In this document: positions 17,491 to 27,637 of the stretch, one piece after another
How the letters are laid out: every line of letters starts with the position of its first letter
Numbering within the stretch: the stretch's first letter is position 1
NCBI GenBank assembly: GCA_963847615.1
Contig: CAWKAN010000013.1
Location: forward strand, 6,264 to 70,263
Direction of reading: 5' to 3'
DNA from: an uncultured Alphaproteobacteria bacterium
GTDB taxonomy: Bacteria > Pseudomonadota > Alphaproteobacteria > Acetobacterales > Acetobacteraceae
DNA: 64,000 nucleotides
Program-made: the position numbers and the translations under genes
Notes under the pieces: model-generated
What the model was told of the DNA's origin: nothing
Databases searched by the model: none
The model's input: only the letters and a program-made list of their open reading frames with translations

Positions 17491-18815
17491 TCAGACTGTC
17501 CCTGTGCCGGTGGGAGAAAGCGCTGGCGATAGCGGATCGCCGCTTTTTGGATCAGGAGGCCGATGCCTTAACAAGTCAGTCATCCTTCCCGAGATGTAGT
17601 CGAGGGCTGGTTTTGGTAAATACTGCTCGATCAAAGTCGCAAGATCCGCAAAATGCGGCCCGATTAACAGAGATACTTGTGCGTCGCGTGTCTTCACCAG
17701 GAACGCTTTGAGGCGGTCGTCTGCCTCATAGGTCACGATGACCAAATGTGTGGACGGAATGGTTAGCATGTCCAGCAGAACGCGGTTAACGTGGTCGTCG
17801 CCGAAGCCATATCCGTAGGTCACAACGACGGCGTTGGGTCTGCACACAGCGGCGGCGAGATCGCGAAACAGCTCAGCATAAGGATACTGCGTTGTTTCCA
17901 CGTCTTTAGCTGGGTTCGGATAGATCATCACGGTGTCAACAGGGGTCTTCGGGATGTCGGTGTGATCCGCAGGTGCTCCAAATGGAATACCCTTCCGGAA
18001 AATACGCCGCTCTTCCTTGTCGAAAAACCAATCCAGCGATCCATGCAGTTTCGTGAATGGCACGATGCCTTCCATAAATCGCGGCTCCCCCAAATCCCGG
18101 GGGGATTGTAGTGCATGTCAACTTCAACTCGTGACGCTCGGAACACTGGGTTCAACGCGCCAACGAACCTATCGATAGTCCGGAGGCCTGCTAGGTCGCA
18201 GCCGCGCTCGATTAGGCGATCGTAGTTGGTGGTGAAGATATGCAGGCGTTCACGCGAAGCAGCGCGACTTGCAAAGCTTAGTAAGAAGGATTGGAGCGCT
18301 CCTTCGGCTGTCTGTCGCGCAGAGTTGTCTTTTGCTTTGAATATTCCGCTCTCAGTGCTCAAGAGGGAAGTCAAGAATTTGGATAGCTGGACGTCTATCG
18401 CTTTCTTGAGCGCGTTTTCTGCATCTGTATCGGTGACCGCAAGACCGCCTAATACGGCGAGTGCACTTCGAAGTTGATCCTCAATGTTCGCCGCCCCTCT
18501 CTTCATCGCTGCTGCACTCGCCTGGGTATGCTTATCGATGGCGGCGTCGTAGGGCGTCCCGAATACAACCCTACTCATGCCTGAGGCGCCGGCGCCGGCC
18601 AAACAACCGATCGCAGTTGTAAATCCGCTACCAACCAAGAGGTTCAGATGTTCCGCTTGGAAGACAGCCGACAGCCAGGGCTCGATATTCCTCCGCGCTC
18701 CATTGACGAAAGCGTCCAAAGCGTCTGCGTCCGTCGGAAGGTCATCTCGGGCTTCGGTATGACTACCAGCGCGGTATAGATGTCTTGTCCAATCCATTCC
18801 ATCCCCTGCGACCAT
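17491..18815 (-). pseudogene. SIR2-like (SIR2_2 type) defence-associated NADase, one frameshift
   Basis: LNLLVGSGFTTAIG, HIFTTNYDRLIE and TKLHGSLDWF motifs. The frame changes in a G/C run near 18085-18095 (track ORFs 17928-18815 and 17491-18093). Confidence 0.65.
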
Positions 18816-18905
18816 TATCCGTCCGGTTTGTTAACCTGCTGCGGCGATCCTACGTTCAGAAGCCCTATCGCTGATAGTGAAAATGCGTGCATGTCGTGCC
18901 ATTTA

Positions 18906-19322
18906 TCAGGGAACATCGGCAAACGGGTTGCGGATCGTCACCCCCCGCCAGGTGAAGCCATCCCGCCTATCCTCGGACAACAGGTACCGGCACCCCGACG
19001 CGGCGGCGGCGGCCAGCATGATCGCGTCCCACAGCCCGAGGTGATGGCTCGTCGCCAGCTCCATGGCGTCCAGCAGCACGCCGGACGAGGTATCGGCGAC
19101 CAGGCAGGCATCATGCCAACCAAGCGCCGCCGCCCGTGCCTCGGGCACCGGCCGGCGCGCCTTGCGGGTCAGCAGGGTGAACAGCTCGGCCAGCGCCTGC
19201 GCCGGGATGACGACGTCGTCCGCGGCGAGGTCGCGCATGATCCGGCCGGCGGCGGCCTGGCGCCCCGCCCCGTTCACCCCTTCGGCGTCGGCGAGGATGT
19301 TGGTGTCCAGCGCGATGCGCAC
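18906..19322 (-). CDS. vapC: PIN-domain VapC-type toxin
   Basis: 138 aa, GTG start. RIALDTNIL and ...LWDAIMLAAA...LLSED PIN acidic motifs. Confidence 0.8.
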   Translation of the reverse strand: MRIALDTNILADAEGVNGAGRQAAAGRIMRDLAADDVVIPAQALAELFTLLTRKARRPVPEARAAALGWHDACLVADTSSGVLLDAMELATSHHLGLWDAIMLAAAAASGCRYLLSEDRRDGFTWRGVTIRNPFADVP

Positions 19323-19325
19323 CGC

Positions 19326-19565
19326 TCAGCGCTCATACAGCGCGTCGCGCGTCCAGGGGCCGATGTCGATGGCGGGTTGCGCCGCGAGCCGGCGGAGCAG
19401 GGCGGTCCGGGCGGTGGCGCGGGCGGCGTCCGCCGCGGTGCAGGGGACGATGCGGGCGATCGGCTTGCCATGCGCGGTCACGACGTAGGACCGGCCGTCG
19501 CGGACCTCGCGCAGCAGGCGGGAGAAGTGACAATTCGCCTCGGCGGCGGGAATGGGTTGGTCCAT
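19326..19565 (-). CDS. Phd/YefM-type antitoxin
   Basis: 79 aa. AEANCHFSRLLREVRDGRSYVVTAHGKPIARIVP is the Phd/YefM N-terminal pattern. 3-nt gap to the toxin. Confidence 0.8.
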   Translation of the reverse strand: MDQPIPAAEANCHFSRLLREVRDGRSYVVTAHGKPIARIVPCTAADAARATARTALLRRLAAQPAIDIGPWTRDALYER

Positions 19566-19579
19566 GGCGGCACCTGATG

Positions 19580-19594
19580 TAGTGAATTACACTA
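19580..19594 (-). promoter_or_regulatory. inverted repeat TAGTG-N5-CACTA upstream of the Phd-VapC operon
   Basis: 15 nt upstream of ATG 19565 within an AT-richer patch (TATATAGTGTAATTCACTA on the coding strand). Confidence 0.35.
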
Positions 19595-19744
19595 TATACG
19601 GCGCCGAGGGGGCCAAGGCAATCGGCCGCGCTGATCTGGGCGTGCCCGGCGGCGGATGGACCCGGAGGCACACGCCGATGCAGGCGGATGAAAGCCGAAC
19701 CAGAGGGCCGGTGGTCCCGGGGCAACGCCGCCGATCCCGCTCGG

Positions 19745-19787
19745 CTCTCCGTGTGCTCCGTGCCTCCTTCCTGCTTCCTCCGTGTTA
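19745..19787. repeat. REP family C unit (inverted orientation)
   Basis: CTCTCCGTGTGCTCCGTGCCTCCTTCCTGCTTCCTCCGTGTTA. Compare 4617-4656. Confidence 0.65.
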
Positions 19788-20387
19788 GAGTCTTGCTTGC
19801 TTGCGGACGGAAGAGCGCCCGGGTCCACGGTCCGAGCTACGGCGATAGCCGGCATGGGCGCATCTGGTTTGGCGGATTACATGGCGCGACGGAGCGGTTT
19901 GATGTAAGAATTTCGAACTAACTCAAAGCGCACCAGGATCGCGGATGAACCACATCGGAGCCCCCTCCCCGTCACTGACGCCGTTCTCGCAATTCCCGGA
20001 CACTATCGCCCGCGCCGCGGTACCTTCCCGCGGGGCAACGCGAAACAAAGCGGAAACCCCAGCCTGGCACCGCGCCGCCGGGCGAAGGCGCGGACCGGCC
20101 TCGTCAGCCACGCGCCGGCGATGGCCAACGGAGGCTACCGCAGGCACGGCGGGTGCAGCACCGGCCGGTGCACCGCGGCCGGCCTGGCTGGGCTTACCAC
20201 TGTGCGCACCAGACACGGGGAACGCCGGCGCGGAGGGGCGGGCAGGTCAGCGCGGCCCCCGGGGCGCTGGCCCCGCGGGCTGGGGCGCTGGGCGCGGCGA
20301 TGCGGGTCCGGACCGGTCTGCCGCCCGAGCTGGCGCGGGGGCCGGTCGCGTTCAAGGCGCCGCTCCGTCCCTCCCGGGGGGAGATCG

Positions 20388-22252
20388 CGCAAAACGCGGA
20401 CAAGACCCCATGCAACGTGGCGCGGTGGGACAAATTGGCGGCGACGTCCGGGGGCAGATGGCCGGGACAGGCCCGGCCATGACGGAGAGGAAGGGGGCGT
20501 CGGACAGCCGGGTGCGGGTGTGGATGGCACGACTGGTGCGATGGGCTTGGGCAGCACGGCAAACTCGGCCGGCGCGATGGGCTGGGGCGACGCGGCGGGA
20601 TCGGCCGGCGCGATGGGCTTGGGCGGCACGGCAGGGTCAGGCGGGATGGCGGGCGAACGTGGCGCCGGTGCGCCACAACCCCATGCAACGTGAGGCGGGT
20701 TCGGCGGTGGCCGAGGTTGCATCGTCAACGGGCGTGGCGGTTCGATGAACGCGGGCAAGACCCCCATGCAACGTGGGGACGGTGCGGCCGGGCGGCGGGG
20801 CGCCGGGGCGGGAACCGGGGTCGGGCGCGAGGCGCGGCTCGAAGAACGCAGACAAGACCCCATGCAACGTGGGGACGGCGCGGCCGGACGGGGGGGCGCC
20901 GGGGCGGGAACCGGGGTCAGGCGCGAGGTGCGGCGCGAAGAACGCGGACAAGACCCCATGCAACGTGGGGACGGTGCGGCCGGGCGGCGGGGCGCCGGGG
21001 CGGGAACCGGGGTCAGGCGCGAGGTGCGGCGCGAAGAACGCGGACAAGACCCCATGCAACAGCCTGCCACCGGGCACTTGTCCCGGTGGTGAGGACGGTG
21101 CGGCCGGGCGGCGGGTCGTCGGGGTGGGAACCGGGGTCGGGCACGAGGCGCGGCTCGAAGAACGCGGACAAGACCCCATGCAACGTGGGGAGACGGTGCG
21201 GCCGGACGGCGGGTCGTCGGGGTGGGAACCTGGTTCGGGCGCGAGGCGCGGTCCGATGAACGCGGACAAGACCCCATGCAACGTGGCGCGGTGGGACAAA
21301 CGGGCGGCGGCGTCCGGGGGGGAGATGGCCGGGAGGAGGCCCGGCCATGACGGAAGAGGAACGGGGGCGTCGGACAGCCGGGGTGCGGGTGTGGATGGCG
21401 CGACTGGTGCGATGGGCTTGGGCAGCACGGCAAGACTCGGCCGGCGCGATGGGCTTGGGCGGCGCGGCAAGGTCAGGCGGCATGGCGGGCGAACGCGGGG
21501 CCGGTGCGCCACAGACCCCATGCAACGTGAGGCGGGTTGGGCGGTGGCCGGGGTTGCATCGTCGGCGGGCGTGGCGGTTCGATGAACGCGGGCAAGACCC
21601 CATGCAACAGCCTGCCACCGGGCAGCCCGGTGGTGGGGACGGTGCGGCCGGACGGCGGGGCGCCGGGGCGGGAACCGGGGCCGGGCGCGCGGCGCGGCTC
21701 GAAGAACGCGGACAAGACCCCATGCAACGCTGCACCGGGCCACGACCGGTGGTGGAGGACGGTGCGGCCGGACGGCGGGGCGCCGGGGCGGGAACCGGGG
21801 CCGGGCGCGCGGCGCGGCGCGAAGAACGCGGACAAGACCCCATGCAACAGCCTGCCACCGGGCCACAACCCGGTGGTGGCGCGGTGGCACAAACCGGCGG
21901 CGCCGCAGATGGCCGGAACAGGCTCGGCCATGATGGAGCGAGAGGGGACGCCGGACAGCCGGGTGCGGGTGTGGAAGGCACGGCAAGCTCGGCCGGCGCG
22001 ATGGGCTTGGGCGGCACGGCGGGCGAACGCGGCGCCGGTGCGCCACAACCCCATGCAACGTGAGGCGGGTCGGTCGGTGGTCGCCGTTCCATGGTCGGCG
22101 CGCGTGGCCCCGCCCTCGCCTGCCGCCCCACGCGCGCCGACCTTGGTCGGCCGGTCGCGGCCCGGGGCCACCGAGCGGGCGAGGCGGACTTTGCACCCGG
22201 AGGGCATGACCCCATGCAACAGCCTGCCGCCGGGCCACGCCCCGGTGGTGGC
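20388..22252 (+). repeat. hierarchical tandem-repeat array with 14 same-orientation CCCCATGCAAC cores
   Basis: Cores start at 20406, 20679, 20762, 20858, 20954, 21050, 21174, 21272, 21516, 21598, 21718, 21838, 22049 and 22210. There are 96-bp units x3, 120-bp units with an extra CCACCGGG..CCCGGTGG hairpin, and a 250-280-bp long unit x3. Confidence 0.85.
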
Positions 22253-22312
22253 GACGGTGCCGGTGGCGCGGGCGATGCCTCGGGCGGGAAGGCGCGCCCC
22301 GGGCCGGCCGCC

Positions 22313-22651
22313 TCAGTTGGTCGGGGCGGAGGGGGCGGCCGGCGCGGCCGGGGTCGGTGGGGCCGGTGTCGCCGGGGCGGTGGCGGGCGGCGGATTGGCC
22401 AGCAGCGAGCCGGCGACGCCGCTGGTGCCATGGTTCATCAGCGCCAGCGCCAGCGACAGCCCCATGAACAGCGCCGCCAGGATCGCCGTGGCCCGCGTCA
22501 GCAGGTTGGCGGTGCCGCGGCCGGACATGAACGAGCCCATGCCCTGCGAGCTGCCGATGCCCAGGCCGCCGCCCTCGCTGCGCTGGATCAGCACAACGCC
22601 GATCAGCGCCAGGGTCACGAACAGGTGGATGATCAGCAGGACGGCGGTCAA
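22313..22651 (-). CDS. secG: preprotein translocase subunit SecG
   Basis: 112 aa, TTG start. LIGVVLIQRSEGGGLG is the SecG signature. Pro/Ala-rich tail. Confidence 0.88.
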   Translation of the reverse strand: MTAVLLIIHLFVTLALIGVVLIQRSEGGGLGIGSSQGMGSFMSGRGTANLLTRATAILAALFMGLSLALALMNHGTSGVAGSLLANPPPATAPATPAPPTPAAPAAPSAPTN

Positions 22652-22747
22652 AACGCGGGCTCCGGGTGCGGCGGCGGGGATGCAGCGGGGCTTCTACGCG
22701 GCCCGCGCCGTGGGGGCAATCTATGCTGCCGGTGCAGGTGGTGCGCG

Positions 22748-23515
22748 CTACGCCGCGCCGGGCGCCGGGGCGGCGCGGGCGATCGCCAGGAAGTCCGCCG
22801 CCTTGAGGCTGGCGCCGCCGACCAGCGCGCCGCCGACCTCGGGCACCGCCAGCAGGCTGGCGGCGTTGGCCGGGTTCACCGACCCGCCATACAGGATGCG
22901 GATGGCGCGGCCCGGCTCGCCGAACTGGCGCAGCAGCTCCTCGCGCAGGAAGCCGTGCATGGTGGCGACGTCCTGCGCGGTGGCGGTGTTGCCGGTGCCG
23001 ATCGCCCAGATCGGCTCGTACGCCACCACGCCGGCGAACGAAGTGGCGAACCCCTGGGGCAGGCTGCCGGCGAGCTGCCAGCCGACCACCTCGGTCTCCT
23101 GGCCGGCCTGGCGCTGCTCGGCGGTTTCGCCGACGCAGACGATCGGCGTCAGCCCGGCCTGGGTGGCGGCGAGCACCTTCTCGCGCACCAGCTCGTCGGT
23201 CTCGCCGTGGTTCTGCCGGCGCTCGGAATGGCCGAGGATCACCCAGGTGGCGCCGGCGTCGCGCAGCATGGGCGCGGCGATGTCGCCGGTGTGCGCGCCC
23301 TGCGGCGCGGTGTGGCAGTCCTGGCCGCCGACCGCGATTTGGGTGCCGGCCAGCATGGCGGCCACCGGGATGATCTGGGTGAACGGCGGGCAGACCAGCA
23401 GGTCGCAGCGCGACACGGCGGGGTCCGCCGCGGCGTCGCGCAACGGCCCGGCGATCGCCGCGGCCTGCGCCGTCAGCCCGTTCATCTTCCAGTTGCCGGC
23501 GATCAGGTGGCGCAT
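22748..23515 (-). CDS. tpiA: triose-phosphate isomerase
   Basis: ATG 23515 within track ORF 22748-23800. IAGNWKMNG, GHSERR, AYEPIWAIGTG, YGGSVNP. Confidence 0.93.
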   Translation of the reverse strand: MRHLIAGNWKMNGLTAQAAAIAGPLRDAAADPAVSRCDLLVCPPFTQIIPVAAMLAGTQIAVGGQDCHTAPQGAHTGDIAAPMLRDAGATWVILGHSERRQNHGETDELVREKVLAATQAGLTPIVCVGETAEQRQAGQETEVVGWQLAGSLPQGFATSFAGVVAYEPIWAIGTGNTATAQDVATMHGFLREELLRQFGEPGRAIRILYGGSVNPANAASLLAVPEVGGALVGGASLKAADFLAIARAAPAPGAA

Positions 23516-23823
23516 GGCGGTCCTCTCGATGTTGTCCTGGCCTGGCGGGCGGGGCGCCGGCGTGGCGCGCGCATCACGCCTTGGGCGCGTGCCCGGCCGG
23601 CGTCCGGTGGTCCTGGCGGTACTGGCGCTGGTATCGCATCCGCACGGCGTCCCGCAAAGCCCGCGCGGGGCGCGCCGGGGGGATCCCGCGGCCATGCGCG
23701 AACCGCCCGGCGGGCATGCGCGGCAAGGATGGAATTCGGCGTCACGGCAGCGACTTTCCGCTTGCCCTGGCAAGAGAAATCCGGGAATGGCCGCCTGCAA
23801 CCATGCCGTTGCGGAGGAGTCCC

Positions 23824-24279
23824 ATGACGAAGCGTATCCTCGGCTCGCCGGTCACTTTTGCGATCGCGACCGCCCTGCTTGCCACCCCGGCCTTTGCCCA
23901 GGCACCCGCGTCGCCGGCCACGCCGCCGGCGCCGGTGCCCATGACGTCGACGCCGGTACCGGCACCCGTGCCCGCGGCGGCGGTGCCCGCCGCGCCGGCT
24001 GCCGCGGCGGCCACGACGCCGGCACCGAGGGCCGCCAAGGCGACCAAACCGACCCACGCGCAGGCCGCGACGAAGGCGAAGCCGGCAGCGGCGGAGCACA
24101 CGCAACGGATCGAGAGGTTGCAGACCGCGCTCAACGCCAACGGCGCCAAGCTGAAGGTGGACGGCAAGATGGGGCCGAAGACCCACGCCGCGTTGGTGGC
24201 GTTCCAGAAGGCGCACGGGCTGAAGGCCAACGGTCACCTCGACAAGGAGACGATTGCCGCGCTGAAGGCGGCCGGCTGA
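23824..24279 (+). CDS. secreted peptidoglycan-binding (PG_binding_1) domain protein
   Basis: Signal peptide MTKRILGSPVTFAIATALLATPAFA, Pro/Ala linker, and C-terminal LQTALNANGAKLKVDGKMGPKTHAALVAFQKAHGLKANGHLDKET. Confidence 0.75.
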   Translation: MTKRILGSPVTFAIATALLATPAFAQAPASPATPPAPVPMTSTPVPAPVPAAAVPAAPAAAAATTPAPRAAKATKPTHAQAATKAKPAAAEHTQRIERLQTALNANGAKLKVDGKMGPKTHAALVAFQKAHGLKANGHLDKETIAALKAAG

Positions 24280-24287
24280 GGCACCGC

Positions 24288-24316
24288 CCCGCCGGGGCGG
24301 CCGCCCGGCGGGTTTT
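24288..24316 (+). terminator. Rho-independent terminator
   Basis: CCCGCCGGG-GCGGCCG-CCCGGCGGG followed by TTTT, 9 nt after the stop at 24279. Confidence 0.65.
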
Positions 24317-24578
24317 GCCTCGCGTAACCGGCCGGGGATCCCGACGGACCGGCGTCCTGGGCGGTCGGCGGTCCGGCTCGACCGGGACGGCCGGTCGTCC
24401 AGGGCTCCGCGGCGATTGGGGGGGGCGTCGGCGTGCGCCACGCCCGGACGGTCAGCCGTTCTGGTGACCGCGCGGTCCGTTTGGCGCGGCCAGCTCCGTC
24501 GCGCCGCATGCTGGCAGTGTTGACCTACATCAAGGTGCCCGCGCGCGTCAGGCGCGATGAGGTTCACCGAGGGAGGCA

Positions 24579-26258
24579 ATGCAGCAGGATCCCAAGCAGT
24601 TTGACGTCATCGTCCTGGGCTCCGGGGCCGGCGGCATGACGGCCGCCGCGGTCGCCGCCGCCGAAGGCCTGCGTGTGCTGCTGCTGGAAAAGGCGCCGCT
24701 GGTCGGCGGCACCACCGCCATCTCGGGGGGCATGGTCTGGTGCCCGAACAACCCGAAGATGGCGGCGGTCGGCCGCACCGACAGCCGGGCCGCGGCCGAG
24801 ACCTACCTGGCCAACACCGTTCCGGGCCCGCCCGACGGTGCGCTGCGCACCGCCTTCCTCGACCATGCCAACGAAGCGATCGCCTATCTGGAGGCGAACA
24901 CCGCGGTGCGGCTGCGCCCCGTGCCGACCTACCCGGACTACTACCCGGACCTGCCCGGCGCCACGCTGGGCGGGCGGGTGCTGGAACCCGAGCCGTTCGA
25001 CGGGCGTGCCCTCGGCGCGCAGTTCGCCCTGCTGCGCCCGCCGCTGGCGGAATTCATGCTGTTCGGCGGCATGATGGTGCACCGCTCGGACGTGCCGCAT
25101 TTCCGCCGCGCGTTGCGCTCGCCGCGCTCGGCGCTGCGGGTCGCGCGGCTGCTGGCGCGCCATGCCTGGGAACGCTGCCGGCTCGATCGCGGCGCGACGC
25201 TGTGCCTGGGCAATGCGCTGGTCGCCCGGCTGCTTTACTCGCTGCGGCAGCTTCAGGTGGAGGTGCGCTGCGGCACCGGCGCCGACGGGCTGGTCGTGCA
25301 GGACGGCATGGCGGTCGGCGTCACCGTCGCCGGGCGCACGCTGCGCGCCCGCCGCGGCATCGTGCTGGCCACCGGCGGCTTCTCGCACGATCCGGCGCTG
25401 CGCGCCCGGCTGTTGCCGGCCAAGGCCGGGATGGTCTCGGCCGCCGCGCCGGGCAACACCGGCGACGGCATCTGTTTCGGCCTCGATGCCGGCGGCGCGC
25501 TTGGCGAGGGGGAAGCGGGCAATGCGTTCTGGACGCCGGTCTCCTGCTTTCGTCGCCCCGACGGTTCGGACGGCGTGTTCCCGCATATTCTCACCGACCG
25601 CGCCAAGCCCGGCATGATCGCGGTCAACCAGGCGGGCCTGCGCTTTGCCAACGAGGCGGTCTCCTATCACGCGTTCGTCCAGGCAATGTTCCGGGCAGAT
25701 AATGTCAGTCCGGCGATCCCGGCCTACCTGATCTGCGACCGCAAGGCGCTCTGGACCTACGGGCTTGGCACGGTGAAGCCGTTCACGCTGTCATTGCGCC
25801 GACCGATCGACAGCGGGTATCTGGTGCAGGCGGAGACCATCGCGGCGCTCGCGACCCGGCTCGGCATCGACCCCGAGGCGCTGGCCGACACCGTCGCCCG
25901 CTACAACCAGGACGCCGCGCAGGGGCAGGACCGCGCATTCGGGCGTGGCGGCGATGCCTATCAGCGCCATCTCGGGGACAGCGCGCACACGCCAAATCCG
26001 TGCGTGGCGCCGATCGCCGCCGCGCCGTTCTACGCGGTCGCGCTGCGCCCCGGCGACCTCGGCACGGCGGCCGGCCTGGTGACCGACGCCGCAGCACGGG
26101 TGCTCGGCGCCGACGGCGCGCCGATCCGCCATCTGTATGCCTGCGGCAACGACATGAACTCGCTGATGCGCGGGGCTTATCCCGGCCCGGGCATAACCCT
26201 CGGTCCGGCGCTGACGTTCGGCTATCTGGCCGGCCGCGACATCGCCGCCCACGCGTAG
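24579..26258 (+). CDS. FAD-dependent oxidoreductase (FAD_binding_2; KstD / fumarate-reductase-flavoprotein-like)
   Basis: 559 aa. FDVIVLGSGAGGMTAAAVAAAEGLRVLLLEK dinucleotide fold, GGTTAISGG, and C-terminal LYACGND. Confidence 0.8.
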   Translation: MQQDPKQFDVIVLGSGAGGMTAAAVAAAEGLRVLLLEKAPLVGGTTAISGGMVWCPNNPKMAAVGRTDSRAAAETYLANTVPGPPDGALRTAFLDHANEAIAYLEANTAVRLRPVPTYPDYYPDLPGATLGGRVLEPEPFDGRALGAQFALLRPPLAEFMLFGGMMVHRSDVPHFRRALRSPRSALRVARLLARHAWERCRLDRGATLCLGNALVARLLYSLRQLQVEVRCGTGADGLVVQDGMAVGVTVAGRTLRARRGIVLATGGFSHDPALRARLLPAKAGMVSAAAPGNTGDGICFGLDAGGALGEGEAGNAFWTPVSCFRRPDGSDGVFPHILTDRAKPGMIAVNQAGLRFANEAVSYHAFVQAMFRADNVSPAIPAYLICDRKALWTYGLGTVKPFTLSLRRPIDSGYLVQAETIAALATRLGIDPEALADTVARYNQDAAQGQDRAFGRGGDAYQRHLGDSAHTPNPCVAPIAAAPFYAVALRPGDLGTAAGLVTDAAARVLGADGAPIRHLYACGNDMNSLMRGAYPGPGITLGPALTFGYLAGRDIAAHA

Positions 26259-26269
26259 GATGCTGCCCG

Positions 26270-26572
26270 GAGCAACGCAGGCCAGGGGCTCCGCCCCTGG
26301 ACCCCGCCAGGGGGCTTTGCCCCCCTGGACCCCACACCAGAGGCAGCGGCCTCTGGACTCCATGACTGGGAGTGGGCGAGGGGGAGGGGGCGTGTGGGCA
26401 GGGCGCGAGTGCCGTCCGGCGCGCCGGACGGCACTCGCGCTCTGCCCACACGCCCCCTCCCCCTCGCCCACTCCCAGTGAAGGGTTCCAAGGGCTCCGCC
26501 CTTGGCGGGGTTCCAAGGGGCAAAGCCCCCTGGCGGGGTCCAGGGGCGAAGCCCCTGGCCTGGCTTTCGTTC
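26270..26572. repeat. REP family A palindromic element
   Basis: Same architecture and arm sequences as 5038-5369. Starts 12 nt after the stop at 26258. Confidence 0.85.
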
Positions 26573-26583
26573 GGCCGCTCGGA

Positions 26584-27444
26584 TCAGTGCGAGATCAGCA
26601 GCGGCACCGTCATGTGCTGCAGCAGTCCGCGGCTGACCCCGCCCAACACCAGTTCGCGGGCGCGCGAGTGCCCGTAGCCGCCCACCACCAGCAGGTCGGC
26701 CCCGCAGTCGGACGCATAGCTCAACAGCGCATCGGCGTCGGCGATAGTGCCATCCGTCGCGGTCCGCGCCGCCGAAACGCGCAACCCATGCCGCGCGAGA
26801 TGCGCCGCGATATCCGCGCCGGGCACCTCCTGCGGCTCGACCCCCGACCGGCCGCGTTCGACCGTCAACACCGTCACGTTCGCGGTCGGCTCGATCAGCA
26901 GCAACGCATCATGGGTGGCACGTGCCGCCTCCCGCGTGCCATTCCAGCCCAGCAGCACATTGGCGCCGAGCGTATCGAACCGGCCGGCGAACGGCACCAG
27001 CAGCAGCGGGCGCCCGGCGCTCATCAGCACGTCTTCAACCATATGGCGTGCCGCCGGCGGCAGTTTATGCTCGGGATCGGTCTGCCCCAGCACGACGAGA
27101 TCCACCGTGCGCGCCCGGCGGGCGATCACCTCGGCCACCGGCCCGCGGCCGATCTCCCACTCCCCGCGGATCCCACTGCGTTGCAGCGTGTCGCGAAAAC
27201 CCGCCTCGATCGCCTCGGCCTTCTGCAGCGCCTCGCCCTCAAGCTGCGTGGCCGCGCCCTGCAACGAGGTCAGCGCCGGATAGCCGCTCAGCGCGAAGGC
27301 CAGGTTGGCCGGCATCAAGACCTCCAACGGGCAGAACCCCGTCAGATGCGCATCATGCCGCCGCGCGAGAGCCGCCGCCACGCCGAGCACGGTCTCGGTG
27401 CGCGTCGATCCGTCCAGCACGACCATCAGATCTTGCAGCTTCAT
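26584..27444 (-). CDS. tandem universal stress protein (UspA) domain protein
   Basis: 286 aa from ATG 27444. Two USP halves, ending ADLLVVGGYGHSRARELVLGGVSRGLLQHMTVPLLISH. Confidence 0.85.
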   Translation of the reverse strand: MKLQDLMVVLDGSTRTETVLGVAAALARRHDAHLTGFCPLEVLMPANLAFALSGYPALTSLQGAATQLEGEALQKAEAIEAGFRDTLQRSGIRGEWEIGRGPVAEVIARRARTVDLVVLGQTDPEHKLPPAARHMVEDVLMSAGRPLLLVPFAGRFDTLGANVLLGWNGTREAARATHDALLLIEPTANVTVLTVERGRSGVEPQEVPGADIAAHLARHGLRVSAARTATDGTIADADALLSYASDCGADLLVVGGYGHSRARELVLGGVSRGLLQHMTVPLLISH

Positions 27445-27637
27445 CGCCCTCTCCCGCCGCTGTCCCAACATCCTGGGATGGCTGGATTGAAACGATCCGC
27501 CCGGCGGAGCGCATTGACCTGGGTCAACCGCGGCGGCGCCGCGCGAGCGCAGGCCGGCCGCGGGCTTCGCCGCGCGCCGGGGCTTGCACCGGCCGTGCCG
27601 CGGCGCCACAACCGCGCGCCAGCAGCGGGGATCAACC

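Noticed and set aside
21050-22240. Sigma-54 promoters were considered on the minus strand of the 120-bp units (TGGCAGGCTGTTGCAT).
   Set aside because: The GG and GC elements are separated by 9 nt rather than the strict 10 nt of the -24/-12 consensus. No downstream gene would be served.
20388-22252. A CRISPR array was considered as an explanation for the repeat block.
   Set aside because: The segments between the conserved cores are themselves homologous to each other rather than unique spacers. Unit lengths are irregular (82-273 bp). No cas genes lie nearby.
20135-24467. Very long track ORFs cross the repeat array and secG/tpiA (20135-21433, 20637-22238, 21013-22431, 21537-24467).
   Set aside because: These are high-GC stop-poor artefacts. 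Their translations are Arg/Pro/Gly low-complexity strings, they switch between repeat registers, and they overlap well-supported genes on the other strand.
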